From Barthelona sp. PAP020 (taxonomy: Eukaryota), in contig JARQWU010000003.1 of assembly GCA_040182905.1 (NCBI GenBank), forward strand, positions 62,001 to 113,008: a stretch of DNA of 51,008 nt. The letters are read 5' to 3'. Shown piece by piece: positions 50,744 to 51,008 of this stretch. Within the stretch, counting starts at the first letter, position 1. Each line of letters begins with the position of its first letter. A program made the position numbers and the translations under genes. The notes beneath the pieces are model-generated. The model was not told where the DNA came from. It worked only from the letters and a program-made list of their open reading frames with translations, and ran no database searches.

Positions 50744-50814
50744 GCTTCGTTGGTTTAATGGTAGAATGCGACGTTGCCATCGTTGCGACCCGGGTTCGAT
50801 TCCCGGACGAAGCA
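50744..50814 (+). tRNA. tRNA-Gly-GCC: tRNA-Gly (anticodon GCC), intronless
   Basis: Acceptor GCTTCGT/ACGAAGC, D arm with TGG, anticodon stem CGACG/CGTTG with loop TTGCCAT, T arm CCGGG-TTCGATT-CCCGG, discriminator A, no encoded CCA, and TTTT shortly downstream. Confidence 0.97.
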
Positions 50815-51008
50815 AATTTTCAAGAAAAGAAAAAAGAGGCGAGGATCGAGTCTGTAAAATATTAAAATTGGCAGTTCACTCGACAAAATAATAAACATTC
50901 AATAAAAGCTTTCACGTTAGACGAAAGGGCAAAATTAAAGGCTTTAATTTATATTTACTAACTGGGGTTGGGGAAATTACTCCATGGTATCTTTGCTGTT
51001 TTGGTCAA

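Noticed and set aside
1..51008. Alternative nuclear genetic code for the host
   Set aside because: Conserved C-termini end at TAA (eEF2, BiP), TGA (PIKK FATC, GTPase CAAX) and TAG (Rrp45, SPFH), and no conserved gene has internal stops.

Overview
AT-rich, gene-dense eukaryotic (protist-like) genomic scaffold with one 100-N gap (963-1062). It uses the standard genetic code: recognisable genes end in TAA, TAG or TGA. About 24 protein genes appear as single uninterrupted ORFs with short spacers and no intron needed. In order they are: the 5' part of Rev3 (Pol zeta, missed by the ORF track), ATR/Mec1-like PIKK, SPFH protein, PIG-X, INTS11-like nuclease, 6-phosphogluconolactonase, KHDC4-like KH protein, Rrp45, eEF2, a WD40 protein, a divergent small GTPase, a SYCP2/Red1-like candidate, BiP, TSNAXIP1-like protein, USP36-like DUB, M3A oligopeptidase, S8 subtilisin, an ankyrin-repeat gene and several hypotheticals, plus tRNA-Gly(GCC). 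Two accessory-looking zones occur: a decayed coding element at about 1.06-2.8 kb, and an ankyrin gene flanked by degenerate repeats at 47.8-50.6 kb. The most interesting leads are an apparently non-catalytic (Vik1/Cik1-like) kinesin-14-type protein, a candidate meiotic axis core protein, a hidden 103-codon frame with one in-frame TGA, and a remodelled eEF2 domain IV around the diphthamide site. No clearly novel multi-gene system could be demonstrated from sequence alone, and the organism cannot be identified with confidence.
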